DNA from: a virus
Strand: one strand, 5' to 3'
Virus record (IMG/VR): IMGVR_UViG_3300005613_000044
Location: 1-64,000 of that record
DNA length: 64,000 bases
The translations under genes were made by a program, and so were the position numbers. The notes under the pieces were generated by a model, which saw nothing but the letters and a program-made list of their open reading frames with translations, did not search any database and had not been told where the DNA came from. Position 1 is the stretch's first letter. Each line of letters opens with the position of its first letter. Shown in pieces: positions 10,222 through 20,572 of this stretch.

Positions 10222-10806
10222 ATGCCAAACGCAAGTCTCGCAGATTTTAAATCAAAACTGGTGGGCGGTGGCGCCCGCCCCAATTTATTTGAGGTTTCAA
10301 TTCCAGCTCTTCCAGAAGCTGCTCAAACATCAATTAATGATGAAACCTTCAAGTTCTTATGTAAATCTTCTAATCTTCCAGCTTCAAATATCGCTGAAGT
10401 CATTGTTCCTTTTAGAGGAAGAAACTTCAAAGTCGCTGGTGACAGAACAGTTGATCCATGGACTGTAACTGTTATCAACGATGAAAACTTTGAGTTTAGA
10501 AGTGTATTTGAACAGTGGGCAAATGGATTGGGTAAACTTGATAATGGTACTGGTGCTACTGAACCAGCTTCATATATGACCAATGCTTATGTTAGACAAC
10601 TTGGTAGAGGTGATAGCCCCTCTGCTAGAACCAATGGTTCAAACATGGTCACTCTTAGAGAGTACAAGTTTGTTGACATCTGGCCAAGTTCAGTTAGTGA
10701 AATTTCTGTAAGTTATGATGAAGGAAACGCCATTGAACAGTTTGATGTAACCTTCCAGGTACAAACTTTTGAAGTTTCTGGTGGTGAAGGACCAACAATC
10801 TCCTGA
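10222..10806 (+). CDS. gp19: Tail tube protein
   Basis: GGGARPNLFEV, VPFRGR..KVAGDRT..PWTVT. Confidence 0.95.
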   Translation: MPNASLADFKSKLVGGGARPNLFEVSIPALPEAAQTSINDETFKFLCKSSNLPASNIAEVIVPFRGRNFKVAGDRTVDPWTVTVINDENFEFRSVFEQWANGLGKLDNGTGATEPASYMTNAYVRQLGRGDSPSARTNGSNMVTLREYKFVDIWPSSVSEISVSYDEGNAIEQFDVTFQVQTFEVSGGEGPTIS

Positions 10807-10851
10807 TATCTAATCTCATAAATAACTAGAAGGATTTCTAGTATATTTGAA

Positions 10852-12513
10852 ATGGCGAGATTATTTGGTTTCTCAATTGAAGATAATGAACAAACGCCAC
10901 CTAGTGTAATTTCTCCGGTCCCTCCTAACAATCAGGATGGATCGGAGAATTATGTTAGTAGTGGTTTTTTTGGTAGCTATGTAGATATTGAAGGTGTCTA
11001 TAGAAATGAATCCGATTTAATTAGAAGATATAGAACTATGGCACTCTATCCAGAGTGTGATAGTGCTATTGAAGATATTGTTAATGAAGCTATCGTATCT
11101 GATACGAATGATTCCCCAGTTCAAATTGAACTTTCCAATTTAAACGCAAGTGATAATATCAAAAAGAAAGTAAGAGAAGAATTTAGATATATTCTTGAAC
11201 TTCTTGATTTTGATAAGAAGTCTCATGAAATTTTTAGAAATTGGTATATTGACGGAAGACTTTATTATAATAAAGTCATTGATCAAAAAAATCCTCAGGC
11301 TGGTATTCAAGAACTGAGATATATTGACGCGTCAAAGATACGTTATGTTCGTCAAATTAAAAAATCTGGAAAAGATAGTATTCAGTCAGCACAAAGTCAA
11401 TATCAGAATAGTGATCAATTAGGTTATAACTTTCCAGAAATAGAAGAATATTTCGTCTATACTCCTAATACTGGTGGGGGTGTATCTAGTTTTGGTTCTT
11501 CCAAAAAAGGAGTCAAGATGACTCGTGATTCTATCACTTATTGCACTTCTGGTCTAGTAGACAGAAATAAGGGTTTGACTCTTTCTTGGTTACATAAAGC
11601 AATTAAACCAATCAATCAACTAATGATGATTGAGGATTCTCTTGTCATCTACAGATTATCAAGAGCACCAGAAAGAAGAATTTTCTATATTGATGTCGGC
11701 AATCTTCCTAAGATCAAAGCGGAACAATATCTTCGTGATGTGATGACACGTTATAGAAATAAACTTGTCTATGATGCAAACACTGGAGAAGTTCGTGATG
11801 ATAAGAAGTTTATGTCCATGATGGAAGACTTCTGGCTTCCTAGAAGAGAAGGTGGTAGAGGAACAGAAATTACTACACTTCCTGGTGGACAAAATCTCGG
11901 AGAAATTACTGATATTAATTACTTCCAGAGAAAGTTGTACAGAGCTTTAAATGTTCCTGAAACTAGAATTCAAGGAGAGGGTGGATTTTCACTTGGTCGT
12001 TCTTCGGAAATTTTGAGAGATGAAATTAAATTCTCCAAGTTTGTTGGAAGAATGAGAAAGAGATTTTCTTCAATGTTCAATGATATGTTGAAGACTCAAC
12101 TTCTACTGAAAAATATTGTGACTCCTGAAGACTGGGAGTATATGGCAGATCACATTCAATATGATTTTGTTTATGATAATCACTTTGCAGAACTTAAGAA
12201 CGCAGAATTGACAACTGAAAGGCTCAATCTCGCTCAACTTGCAGAACCTTATGTAGGTAAATATTATTCACAAGATTATGTGAGAAGAAATATTCTCAGA
12301 CAAACTGATGAGGAAATTATTGAACAGGATATGAAGATTGAAAAGGAAATTGAGAATGGAGTAATTCCCGATCCAAATGCATTGGTCGATTCGGAAGGTG
12401 AAATACCTTCTGAAACATCTGTTCCCACTTCATCTACATCAGATGCAATTCAATCACCCACTTCACCTAAAGATCCCGAACCCCCAGAAACTCCAGCTGG
12501 TGGTGAAATCTAA
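10852..12513 (+). CDS. gp20: Portal protein
   Basis: YRLSRAPERRIFYIDVGNLPK, EDFWLPRREGGRGTEITTLPGG. Confidence 0.97.
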   Translation: MARLFGFSIEDNEQTPPSVISPVPPNNQDGSENYVSSGFFGSYVDIEGVYRNESDLIRRYRTMALYPECDSAIEDIVNEAIVSDTNDSPVQIELSNLNASDNIKKKVREEFRYILELLDFDKKSHEIFRNWYIDGRLYYNKVIDQKNPQAGIQELRYIDASKIRYVRQIKKSGKDSIQSAQSQYQNSDQLGYNFPEIEEYFVYTPNTGGGVSSFGSSKKGVKMTRDSITYCTSGLVDRNKGLTLSWLHKAIKPINQLMMIEDSLVIYRLSRAPERRIFYIDVGNLPKIKAEQYLRDVMTRYRNKLVYDANTGEVRDDKKFMSMMEDFWLPRREGGRGTEITTLPGGQNLGEITDINYFQRKLYRALNVPETRIQGEGGFSLGRSSEILRDEIKFSKFVGRMRKRFSSMFNDMLKTQLLLKNIVTPEDWEYMADHIQYDFVYDNHFAELKNAELTTERLNLAQLAEPYVGKYYSQDYVRRNILRQTDEEIIEQDMKIEKEIENGVIPDPNALVDSEGEIPSETSVPTSSTSDAIQSPTSPKDPEPPETPAGGEI

Positions 12514-12541
12514 ATAGATTAGAGTTATTTTTTTAATATCA

Positions 12542-12736
12542 ATGGAAGAATTAATGGACTTACTTGTGAAAGATGAATCTCCTTCACAAATCAGTGATAA
12601 AATTAAAGATATTCTTTTCTCAAAATCAGCTGAAAAAATTGAAGCAATTAGACCTCAAGTTGCAAATTCAATTTTTGATAGTGATGTAGAATCTGATCAA
12701 GAAACAGATTTCGAACAGGGAACTGAAGAAGAATAA
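12542..12736 (+). CDS. Small acidic prohead core protein (gp67-like by position)
   Basis: Acidic 64-aa ORF between portal and protease genes; late-promoter-like motif at 12510-12516. Confidence 0.55.
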   Translation: MEELMDLLVKDESPSQISDKIKDILFSKSAEKIEAIRPQVANSIFDSDVESDQETDFEQGTEEE

Positions 12737-12774
12737 TAAATAGATACTATAAGACTATTGTATAATTTAGAATA

Positions 12775-13323
12775 ATGGCCGCACTCAAACCAGTTGGTGA
12801 CAACCAAGTTATAGCTACAAGTGGTGTTTCAACACAGTCTTCTGCAATATCCCAACAATCTGACGCAATCAGAGTTGTAGCAGAGGGAGCTGGAGTTCAT
12901 GTTGCTATTGGAACAAATCCAACAGCAACTGCTACTGATTATTATGTTTCATCAAATGAGAATGATGTAATTACCGTAGGACCTATCACTTCACAAAGAG
13001 TTGTTGGTGTTACTACTGGTTCTACCACAACTATTCATTTTCCAGAAGGAACTGGTTGTCCATTTGATATTGGTGATGCGGTTACTTTGACGGTGAATGG
13101 CCAATCTTACTATGATTTTACTCACCAAATTCTTTCGGATATCAATACCACTTCGAATGTTGGTGGATATTTCAATACTAGAGTGACAATTAATTATAAT
13201 TCTACTGGAGTTGCAACCGCATTTAATGCACCTTATGCGGAATTGAGAAAGTCTATTAAAGTGGCAGTTAAAACAAATTCTGGAACTGGCACAGCATTCA
13301 TTCAACAAGTCCAAGATTCCTGA
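12775..13323 (+). CDS. Putative virion structural protein
   Basis: T/S/V-rich; lies in the head cluster after ATAAATA at 12736-12742. Confidence 0.55.
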   Translation: MAALKPVGDNQVIATSGVSTQSSAISQQSDAIRVVAEGAGVHVAIGTNPTATATDYYVSSNENDVITVGPITSQRVVGVTTGSTTTIHFPEGTGCPFDIGDAVTLTVNGQSYYDFTHQILSDINTTSNVGGYFNTRVTINYNSTGVATAFNAPYAELRKSIKVAVKTNSGTGTAFIQQVQDS

Positions 13324-13331
13324 GAAAACCA

Positions 13332-13982
13332 ATGAAACTCATCAGAGAAGAAATCGAAACCGTTGACTTCATTATAGAAGAAAACAACGGTAAAAAGTCC
13401 ATGTTTATTGAGGGTATCTTTCTTCAAGGAGACCTTCAAAATAGAAATGGTCGTATGTATCCAATGAGTACTCTCCGTAAGGAAGTTCAAAGATACAACG
13501 AAAATCATATTCAGTCGGGAAGAGCTTTAGGAGAACTTGGTCATCCTGATGGACCTACTGTTAATCTCGACAGAGTTTCTCATAAAATTGTTTCACTGAA
13601 AGAAAGTGGAAACAATTTTATCGGAAAGGCAAAGATTCTCAATACACCTATGGGTAAGATTGCAGAATCACTTATTTCAGAGGGTGTAAAACTTGGTGTT
13701 TCATCAAGAGGCATTGGGTCATTGAGAGCCACAAGAGAGGGTGTCAATATTGTTGGTGATGATTTTATGTTGTCAACAGCAGCTGATATCGTAGCTGATC
13801 CTTCTGCCCCTGATGCATTTGTTGAAGGAATTATGGAAGGTAAAGAGTGGATATGGGAAGGAGGAATTCTGAGAGAACAACTGGCTAAGAAGACCTACAA
13901 ACATATTAACACTCTTGTCACTCAAAAACAACTTGATGAGCAGAAACTTGATTTATTTAATGACTTTTTAAATAATCTTTAA
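13332..13982 (+). CDS. gp21: Prohead protease
   Basis: NRNGRMYP, ALGELGHP, GVSSRGIGS, DIVADPSAPDA. Confidence 0.96.
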   Translation: MKLIREEIETVDFIIEENNGKKSMFIEGIFLQGDLQNRNGRMYPMSTLRKEVQRYNENHIQSGRALGELGHPDGPTVNLDRVSHKIVSLKESGNNFIGKAKILNTPMGKIAESLISEGVKLGVSSRGIGSLRATREGVNIVGDDFMLSTAADIVADPSAPDAFVEGIMEGKEWIWEGGILREQLAKKTYKHINTLVTQKQLDEQKLDLFNDFLNNL

Positions 13983-14002
13983 TTATAGTAAAATACACAA
14001 TT

Positions 14003-14010
14003 TATAAATA
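14003..14010 (+). promoter_or_regulatory. T4-type late promoter
   Basis: Perfect TATAAATA upstream of gp22. Related (A/C)TAAATA sites precede other late genes at 1370, 2272, 7938, 10818, 12510, 12736, 16632, 17665, 43414 and 56457. Confidence 0.8.
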
Positions 14011-14047
14011 AATATAGATTAAAATAGGTTAATCGGAGCAACTTCAA

Positions 14048-15100
14048 ATGTCTCGTGGAGATTTACAAGAAATGGAGCAATCTAAAACTGCTGTGAACGC
14101 GAACGCAAAACCAGCTGAGCCAATGCAGCATGTCAATAACGTAACACCTGGTCAATCAGGTTCTTATGAAGATTTGGGTGGACCAACACCTGAAAATTAT
14201 AGACCTGATGATGATTCAGCAAAACTTAATGAGCCTAAGATTAAGACCGTTAAGGACGTTGTTAATCGTGGGGCTAAACCAGCTGAACCAATGAAGACTA
14301 CAAAAGAAGAAACTGAAACTGAAGAAGAAGTTATCGAAGAGGAAACTCTCGAAACTGAATCTGAAGTTGAAGAGTCTATCGATATTGAAGAAGATGTTAA
14401 CGCACTTCTTGGTGGTGAAGAACTCTCCGAGGAGTTCAGAGAAAAAGCTAAGATTATTTTTGAAGCGGCTCTGAATTCTAAAATTAAAGAAATCCAAGAA
14501 ACTCTTGAAGTTCAGTACGAAGAAAAACTGGACGAAGCAAAAGAGGGACTTAAAGAGTCTTTGACCGAAAGAGTTGACGCATATCTCGAATACGTCTGTG
14601 AAGAATGGATGACCGAGAATGAGTTAGCTGTAGAACATGGTCTTAAGACTGAAATGACCGAATCATTCCTTTCAGGAATGAAGGGTCTTTTTGAAGAACA
14701 TTATGTAACAATCCCTGAAGAGAAATATGATGTAGTTGAGAGCATGGTAGAAAAACTTGATGATATGGAGACAAAACTCAACGAGCAGATTGAGAAGAAT
14801 ATTGGACTGAACAAGAGACTCGCTGAGTCTGTTGCAGACAATATCTTGGATCAGATTTCTGAAGGTCTCGCAGAGACACAGAAAGAGAAGCTCGCTTCAC
14901 TTGCCGAAAGTGTTGAGTTTGAAAGTGAAGAAGAATATCGTGAAAAGCTGGAAACTCTGAAGGAGTCATACTTCTCCAGAACTCCCGCAAATAAGTCTGA
15001 AGCACCACAAACACTCTCAGAAGGAGTAGATTCTACTCCAGCTCCTGTTTCTACCGGCATGGATGCATATCTGAGAACCTTAGGTGCATTCAAGAAGTGA
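14048..15100 (+). CDS. gp22: Prohead core scaffold
   Basis: Acidic coiled coil, ELSEEFREKAKIIFEAA, located before gp23. Confidence 0.93.
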   Translation: MSRGDLQEMEQSKTAVNANAKPAEPMQHVNNVTPGQSGSYEDLGGPTPENYRPDDDSAKLNEPKIKTVKDVVNRGAKPAEPMKTTKEETETEEEVIEEETLETESEVEESIDIEEDVNALLGGEELSEEFREKAKIIFEAALNSKIKEIQETLEVQYEEKLDEAKEGLKESLTERVDAYLEYVCEEWMTENELAVEHGLKTEMTESFLSGMKGLFEEHYVTIPEEKYDVVESMVEKLDDMETKLNEQIEKNIGLNKRLAESVADNILDQISEGLAETQKEKLASLAESVEFESEEEYREKLETLKESYFSRTPANKSEAPQTLSEGVDSTPAPVSTGMDAYLRTLGAFKK

Positions 15101-15149
15101 ATTTAATATTAATTCAAACAAACCACTAAACTTTTAAGAGGTAAAGCAA

Positions 15150-16580
15150 ATGTTCCAATCCGAACATCTGCAGGAAAAGTGGAGTCCTCTCCTCGACTAT
15201 GAGGGTCTTGATCCAATCAAAGATTCTCATCGTAGATCTGTCACCGCTGTCCTGCTCGAAAACCAAGAAAAATTCCTCCGTGAGGAGCAAGCATTCCAGT
15301 CAGGTATCAACCTGATGGAAACCCCAACCAATTCCGCTAACGCCGCTGGTGCAGATGGTGGTTTTGGTGCTGGTTCAGCTGCTGCTGGTCCTACCGCAGG
15401 TTTCGATCCCGTACTGATCTCCTTGATCAGACGTGCGATGCCTAACCTGGTTGCATATGACCTGGCAGGTGTCCAACCAATGAACGGTCCTACTGGACTG
15501 ATCTTCGCAATGAGATCCAGATATGAAAATCAGTCTGGAGACGAAGCATTCTATAACGAAGCTGATTCCGCGTTCTCTGGTCAGGACGATTCATTCAACC
15601 TTACCGCAGGTTTCTCTGATGTTACCGCTGGTCTGGGTACAACCGCTCAGTCTGGTACTAATCCTTCAGTTCTTAATCCTGTTGGTACTGCTACCTCAAC
15701 CGCCTATGACGTTGGTCAGGGTATGGTTACTGGTGACGCTGAAAATCTGGGTGTAGGTACTAACGACCACTTCAACCAGATGGCTTTCTCGATTGAGAAA
15801 GTTACCGTCACCGCTAAGTCAAGAGCACTCAAGGCTGAGTACTCCTTGGAACTGGCACAAGACCTTAAGGCAATCCACGGTCTGAACGCTGAAGCTGAGT
15901 TGGCAAACATCCTGTCAACTGAGATTCTGGCTGAAATCAACCGTGAGGTTATCAGAACCATCTATAAGGTTGCTGAACAGGGTGCTGTTTCTAACACCGC
16001 TACTGCTGGTGTATTTGACCTTGACGTTGACTCCAACGGTCGTTGGTCTGTTGAGAAGTTCAAAGGACTTCTTTTCCAAATCGAGAGAGACGCTAACGCG
16101 ATCGCACAAAGAACTCGTCGTGGAAAGGGCAACATGGTTCTGTGTTCCGCAGATGTTGCTTCCGCTCTGACCATGGCTGGTATCCTCGATTACACCCCAG
16201 CACTGAACGCTAACCTGAACGTTGACGACGCAGGTAACACCTTCGCCGGTACAATCAACGGTAAGTTCCGTGTTTACATTGACCCATACGCAGCTAACCT
16301 GAGTGCAGCCAATGCGGCTTCCAACTCTGGTAATCAGTACTACGTTGTTGGTTATAAGGGTTCTTCACCTTATGACGCAGGTCTGTTCTATTGTCCTTAT
16401 GTTCCTCTCCAGATGGTTCGTGCCGTCGGTGAGAACACCTTCCAGCCTAAGATCGGCTTCAAGACCAGATATGGTCTGGTCGCTAACCCATTCGCTGAAG
16501 GAACCGATCAGGGACTCGGTAGACTCCGTGTTAACTCCAACCGTTACTACAGAAGAGTTGCTGTTAAGAACCTCATGTGA
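15150..16580 (+). CDS. gp23: Major capsid protein
   Basis: GVQPMNGPTGLIFAMR, SRALKAEYSLELAQDLKAIHGL, FQPKIGFKTRYG. Confidence 0.98.
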   Translation: MFQSEHLQEKWSPLLDYEGLDPIKDSHRRSVTAVLLENQEKFLREEQAFQSGINLMETPTNSANAAGADGGFGAGSAAAGPTAGFDPVLISLIRRAMPNLVAYDLAGVQPMNGPTGLIFAMRSRYENQSGDEAFYNEADSAFSGQDDSFNLTAGFSDVTAGLGTTAQSGTNPSVLNPVGTATSTAYDVGQGMVTGDAENLGVGTNDHFNQMAFSIEKVTVTAKSRALKAEYSLELAQDLKAIHGLNAEAELANILSTEILAEINREVIRTIYKVAEQGAVSNTATAGVFDLDVDSNGRWSVEKFKGLLFQIERDANAIAQRTRRGKGNMVLCSADVASALTMAGILDYTPALNANLNVDDAGNTFAGTINGKFRVYIDPYAANLSAANAASNSGNQYYVVGYKGSSPYDAGLFYCPYVPLQMVRAVGENTFQPKIGFKTRYGLVANPFAEGTDQGLGRLRVNSNRYYRRVAVKNLM

Positions 16581-16596
16581 TTCATCACATTGTCCC

Positions 16597-16621
16597 AAGA
16601 CCCCTTCGGGGGTCTTTTTTT
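16597..16621 (+). terminator. Intrinsic terminator after gp23
   Basis: aagacccc-ttcg-ggggtctt followed by a T run; cUUCGg tetraloop. Confidence 0.9.
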
Positions 16622-16657
16622 ATGCCTATTCATAAATAACTAAAAATAATTGATTCA

Positions 16658-17224
16658 ATGGCATTACAAAAGCCTATAGCCACACAGATTGAAAATAGAA
16701 ACTTTTTACAACCAACAGGTTTTAGGTTTCAAGTCAATAGAGCACCAAAGATATCTTTTTTCGGTAAGTCTGTAAATATTCCTTCATTAGATTTAGGTGT
16801 TGCTGTTCAACCAAATTATCTGACACCAATACCTTTGCCAGGTGAAATTATTGAATTTGAAGATTTGACCTTTAGTTTCTTAGTTGATGAAGGTCTTGAA
16901 AACTATATGGAGATTCAAAACTGGATTCGTGGAATTGGATTTCCAGAAAGTCTTCAACAAATTTATGAATATCAAAGAGAAAATACACCAATTAAATCCA
17001 GAAGTGAAAATACAGAACAATTAAATTTATATTCTGATGGTACTTTAACTGTTCTCGATTCATCGAATCAACCTAAATTTAAGGTTAAGTTTCAGAATCT
17101 TTTCCCATATCGTCTTTCTACTCTTGAGTTTGACGCAACACAAACTAATGTAGAATACTTTACAGCTGTGGTATCTTTCAAGTATACTATCTACAATATA
17201 GATGAAATTACTTCTTGTTGCTAA
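16658..17224 (+). CDS. gp3: Tail completion / tube terminator protein
   Basis: NRNFLQPTGFRF, FLVDEGLENY, YSDGTL; position after gp23. Confidence 0.85.
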   Translation: MALQKPIATQIENRNFLQPTGFRFQVNRAPKISFFGKSVNIPSLDLGVAVQPNYLTPIPLPGEIIEFEDLTFSFLVDEGLENYMEIQNWIRGIGFPESLQQIYEYQRENTPIKSRSENTEQLNLYSDGTLTVLDSSNQPKFKVKFQNLFPYRLSTLEFDATQTNVEYFTAVVSFKYTIYNIDEITSCC

Positions 17225-17658
17225 TGATTGATCTTGATACGATTCAAAAGATGTGGGAAAAGGATTCGAATATTGATCCTGATAATTTACATACAGAATC
17301 TTTGAATATTCCAGTTCTACATTCCAAGTATTTTGATCTTTATAATAACATAAATCTTTTAAGAAAAAAGGCAGAACAACAAAAAAAGAATATAAGACAT
17401 GAAAGATATGAATACTACTCAGGAAAAGCAGACCCAGAAGTCTATGTCAAAGACCCCTTTCCAAAGAAGGTTAGGGATAAGTCAGCTATGGAAAAGTATC
17501 TGGATGCAGATACTAAACTCTCAGGAATTTCGTTGAAGATTGATTATTATATCACGATGCAAAACTATCTGGAAGAAATTCTAAAGATGATATCTCAAAG
17601 AACTTATCATATTAAGAATGCAATTGAGTTTATGAGATTCTCTTCGGGACTAGGATAA
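17224..17658 (+). CDS. uvsY: Recombination mediator
   Basis: IPVLHSKY, YYSGKA, RTYHIKNAIEFMRF; precedes uvsW. Confidence 0.88.
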   Translation: MIDLDTIQKMWEKDSNIDPDNLHTESLNIPVLHSKYFDLYNNINLLRKKAEQQKKNIRHERYEYYSGKADPEVYVKDPFPKKVRDKSAMEKYLDADTKLSGISLKIDYYITMQNYLEEILKMISQRTYHIKNAIEFMRFSSGLG

Positions 17659-17694
17659 TTAGGAATAAATACGTGTAGGTGAGAACCTATATGT

Positions 17695-19158
17695 ATGGCT
17701 GATTTGACGATTCAAAAGGTAAATGAGATTTACCTGAAGATTACAACGGAACCTCATATTGAATATGAGTTAAGAGACCGATTTACTTTTGAGGTTCCTA
17801 ATAAAAAATTCATGCCCCAGTATCGGAGTAAGTATTGGGATGGATTTGTTCATCTTTTTAACATGAAGACTAAAAGAATCTATGTTGGTCTTCTTGATAA
17901 AATTGTAGCTTTTTGTGAGAGTTCGGGATATTCCTATTCTTTTCAAGATAATAAGTTTTATGGTCCTCCATTTGAAGTCAATGAAATGATTTCAATGGAA
18001 GGTGTAAAGGATTATATGCATTCAATTACAGATCTCAAACCAAGAGATTATCAGATTGAAGCTGTTTATGATGCTTTAAGATATAATCGAAAACTTCTTA
18101 TTTCACCAACAGCTTCTGGTAAGTCGTTGATGATTTATTCGATCACAAGATATTTTGTATCCAAAGGTAAAAAGATACTTCTTGTCGTTCCAACAACATC
18201 ACTTGTAGAACAGATGTTTAAGGATTTCCAAGATTATGGATGGGATGCGGAAAATTATTGTCACAGAATTTATGCGGGTAGAGAAAGAATTAATACGAAT
18301 GAAGTGACAATCACAACTTGGCAGTCTGTTTATAAGTTAGATAGAAATTTCTTTGAAGAGTATGATGTAGTCATTGGTGATGAAGCACACTTGTTCAAAA
18401 GTAAGTCTCTTATCGGTATTATGGACAAGTTAGATCATGCAAAGTATAGATATGGGTTCACAGGAACTTTAGACGGCACACAGACCCATAAATGGGTCTT
18501 AGAGGGATTGTTTGGGCCATCATACAAAGTTACTCAAACTAAGAAGTTAATTGATGAGGGTCACTTAGCTACTTTAGATATTCAATGTTTAATTCTCAAA
18601 CACAAACCACAGAAGTTTGAAACTTATGAGGATGAGATTAAATATCTTATCAGTCATGAAAATAGAAACAAATTCATTTCAAATTTATCTGTTGATTTGA
18701 AGGGAAATACTCTTGTTCTTTATACGAGAGTAGAAACTCATGGAGCTATTCTTTATGAGATGATAAATAAAAAAGTATCTGATAAAAGAAAAGTCTTCTT
18801 CATCCATGGCGGTGTAGATGCAGAAGACAGGGAATTGGTTAGAAAAATTACTGAAAATGAAAAAGATGCTATCATTGTTGCATCTTTTGGGACATTTAGT
18901 ACTGGTATTAATATTAAAAACTTACATAATGTAATATTTGCCTCTCCATCAAAATCTAGAGTAAGAAATTTACAAAGTATTGGTAGAGTCCTAAGAAAAG
19001 GCAAAGATAAAGTGAAAGCAAAACTTTATGATATTGCTGATGATATTACTATTGGATCAAGAAAGAATTATACATTAAATCATTTTATTGAAAGAATTAA
19101 AATTTATGTTTCAGAACAATTTAACTATGACATTGTATCAATCAATTTAAAAGAATAG
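17695..19158 (+). CDS. uvsW: SF2 DNA helicase
   Basis: SPTASGKS, DEAH, LQSIGRVLR. Confidence 0.95.
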   Translation: MADLTIQKVNEIYLKITTEPHIEYELRDRFTFEVPNKKFMPQYRSKYWDGFVHLFNMKTKRIYVGLLDKIVAFCESSGYSYSFQDNKFYGPPFEVNEMISMEGVKDYMHSITDLKPRDYQIEAVYDALRYNRKLLISPTASGKSLMIYSITRYFVSKGKKILLVVPTTSLVEQMFKDFQDYGWDAENYCHRIYAGRERINTNEVTITTWQSVYKLDRNFFEEYDVVIGDEAHLFKSKSLIGIMDKLDHAKYRYGFTGTLDGTQTHKWVLEGLFGPSYKVTQTKKLIDEGHLATLDIQCLILKHKPQKFETYEDEIKYLISHENRNKFISNLSVDLKGNTLVLYTRVETHGAILYEMINKKVSDKRKVFFIHGGVDAEDRELVRKITENEKDAIIVASFGTFSTGINIKNLHNVIFASPSKSRVRNLQSIGRVLRKGKDKVKAKLYDIADDITIGSRKNYTLNHFIERIKIYVSEQFNYDIVSINLKE

Positions 19159-19169
19159 GAGGAGTTTGT

Positions 19170-19556
19170 ATGATTGAAGATGACTTTTATGCAACAATTA
19201 AACTAAAATGTGGTGATGAAATATTCTGTAAAGTAGCTGCTTCTGAAGAAGATAATAGAACAATGTTGATTATTTCAAATCCTATTATGATGGAAGAAAT
19301 TTCAATCAGAGGTCAAGTAACAGGATATAAATTTGAACCATGGTTAAAAACTTCTAAAGAAGACATGTTTATCATTAATATGGATGATGTCTTAACATTA
19401 TCTGAATCTAACGATATTGATATGATTCTCTATTACCAGGATTATATTCGCAAAGTAAATAAAAATAATTGTTCTAAACCAAGTAGAAAGATGGGGTATC
19501 TTGGTAGTGTCAATGAAACTAAAGAAGTCTTAGAGAAACTCTTTAATAAAAGCTAA
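19170..19556 (+). CDS. Sm-like fold hypothetical protein
   Basis: IKLKCGDEIFC...NP...FEPWL pattern shared with three other ORFs in the window. Confidence 0.55.
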   Translation: MIEDDFYATIKLKCGDEIFCKVAASEEDNRTMLIISNPIMMEEISIRGQVTGYKFEPWLKTSKEDMFIINMDDVLTLSESNDIDMILYYQDYIRKVNKNNCSKPSRKMGYLGSVNETKEVLEKLFNKS

Positions 19557-19583
19557 AGCCATCCCTTCAAACCAGACAAAGGT

Positions 19584-19612
19584 ATTCTACTCATATTTTA
19601 AGTATCTGTCAA
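19584..19612 (-). promoter_or_regulatory. Leftward (antisense) sigma70-type promoter
   Basis: Minus strand TTGACA-N17-TAGAAT. Confidence 0.6.
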
Positions 19613-19616
19613 ATAC

Positions 19617-19645
19617 TTGATAAGTATCAATATATCTGTTATACT
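19617..19645 (+). promoter_or_regulatory. Sigma70-type promoter for gp55
   Basis: TTGATA-N17-TATACT with an extended TG. Confidence 0.7.
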
Positions 19646-19669
19646 GATGTCAAGATATAAAACTATATT

Positions 19670-20176
19670 ATGGTAACCAATACAACTTCATATTCAAAAA
19701 TGGCTCGACCAAAGAAATCCGAACACTACGTTAATAATAAAGATTTTTTAAATGCACTTGAGAATTATTTTGCAGAGATTGAAAGAGCTAAATTAAATGA
19801 TAAACCGAAACCTCCAATTCCAAGATACATTGGTGAGTGTTTTCTAAAGATTGCAAATCATCTTTCATATAAACCAAATTTTGTGAACTATATGTTTAAA
19901 GATGATATGATTTGTGATGGTATTGAAAATTGTGTGAGATATATTCATAATTTTAATCCAGAGAAATCTAAAAATCCTTTTGCATATTTTACTCAAATTA
20001 TCTACTATGCATTTCTGAGAAGAATCTCTCAGGAGAAAAAACAACTTGAGATTAAGAATAAAATCCTTGAGAAGACTGGATTTGATGAAGTCTTCGATTC
20101 TAATGATCTTGACAGTGATAACTACTCCGATTATAATTCAATCAAAGATGCAGTACACACTAAGCTTAGATACTAA
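19670..20176 (+). CDS. gp55: Late transcription sigma factor
   Basis: HYVNNKDF, YIGECFLKIA, NPFAYFTQIIYYAFLRRI. Confidence 0.95.
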   Translation: MVTNTTSYSKMARPKKSEHYVNNKDFLNALENYFAEIERAKLNDKPKPPIPRYIGECFLKIANHLSYKPNFVNYMFKDDMICDGIENCVRYIHNFNPEKSKNPFAYFTQIIYYAFLRRISQEKKQLEIKNKILEKTGFDEVFDSNDLDSDNYSDYNSIKDAVHTKLRY

Positions 20177-20532
20177 TGATTGGAAATCTTGATCCTGAAG
20201 AACGTGTTATGAATGATATTCCTAAACATGATTGGACAAAAAACGAAGATGAGTTTTTTGCTTGGGAAGACAATGGAATTATGGATCGCATTCAAGATTA
20301 CCTTGAAGATCTTGGTTGGGAAGCATCTGATAAGATTGATGTAGAGATTGGTGGAACTCAAGTTTCGGGTATTGATGTTGGTGAAGAATATAATAAAAAG
20401 TGGCAATCACCAATTGGAACTCGTAAGTATAATAAAGACTCCTTTATTGTCATTAAAAATCAATCCCGTAGAGATTTGACTAAATCTCAACCAATGAAAG
20501 AATTCAAACCAAAGCATACAGATGCTCCATAA
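20176..20532 (+). CDS. Hypothetical protein
   Basis: Translationally coupled 118-aa ORF. Confidence 0.6.
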   Translation: MIGNLDPEERVMNDIPKHDWTKNEDEFFAWEDNGIMDRIQDYLEDLGWEASDKIDVEIGGTQVSGIDVGEEYNKKWQSPIGTRKYNKDSFIVIKNQSRRDLTKSQPMKEFKPKHTDAP

Positions 20533-20572
20533 TGTGCTATAATTATATATAATATAGACACTATGGTGCTGT

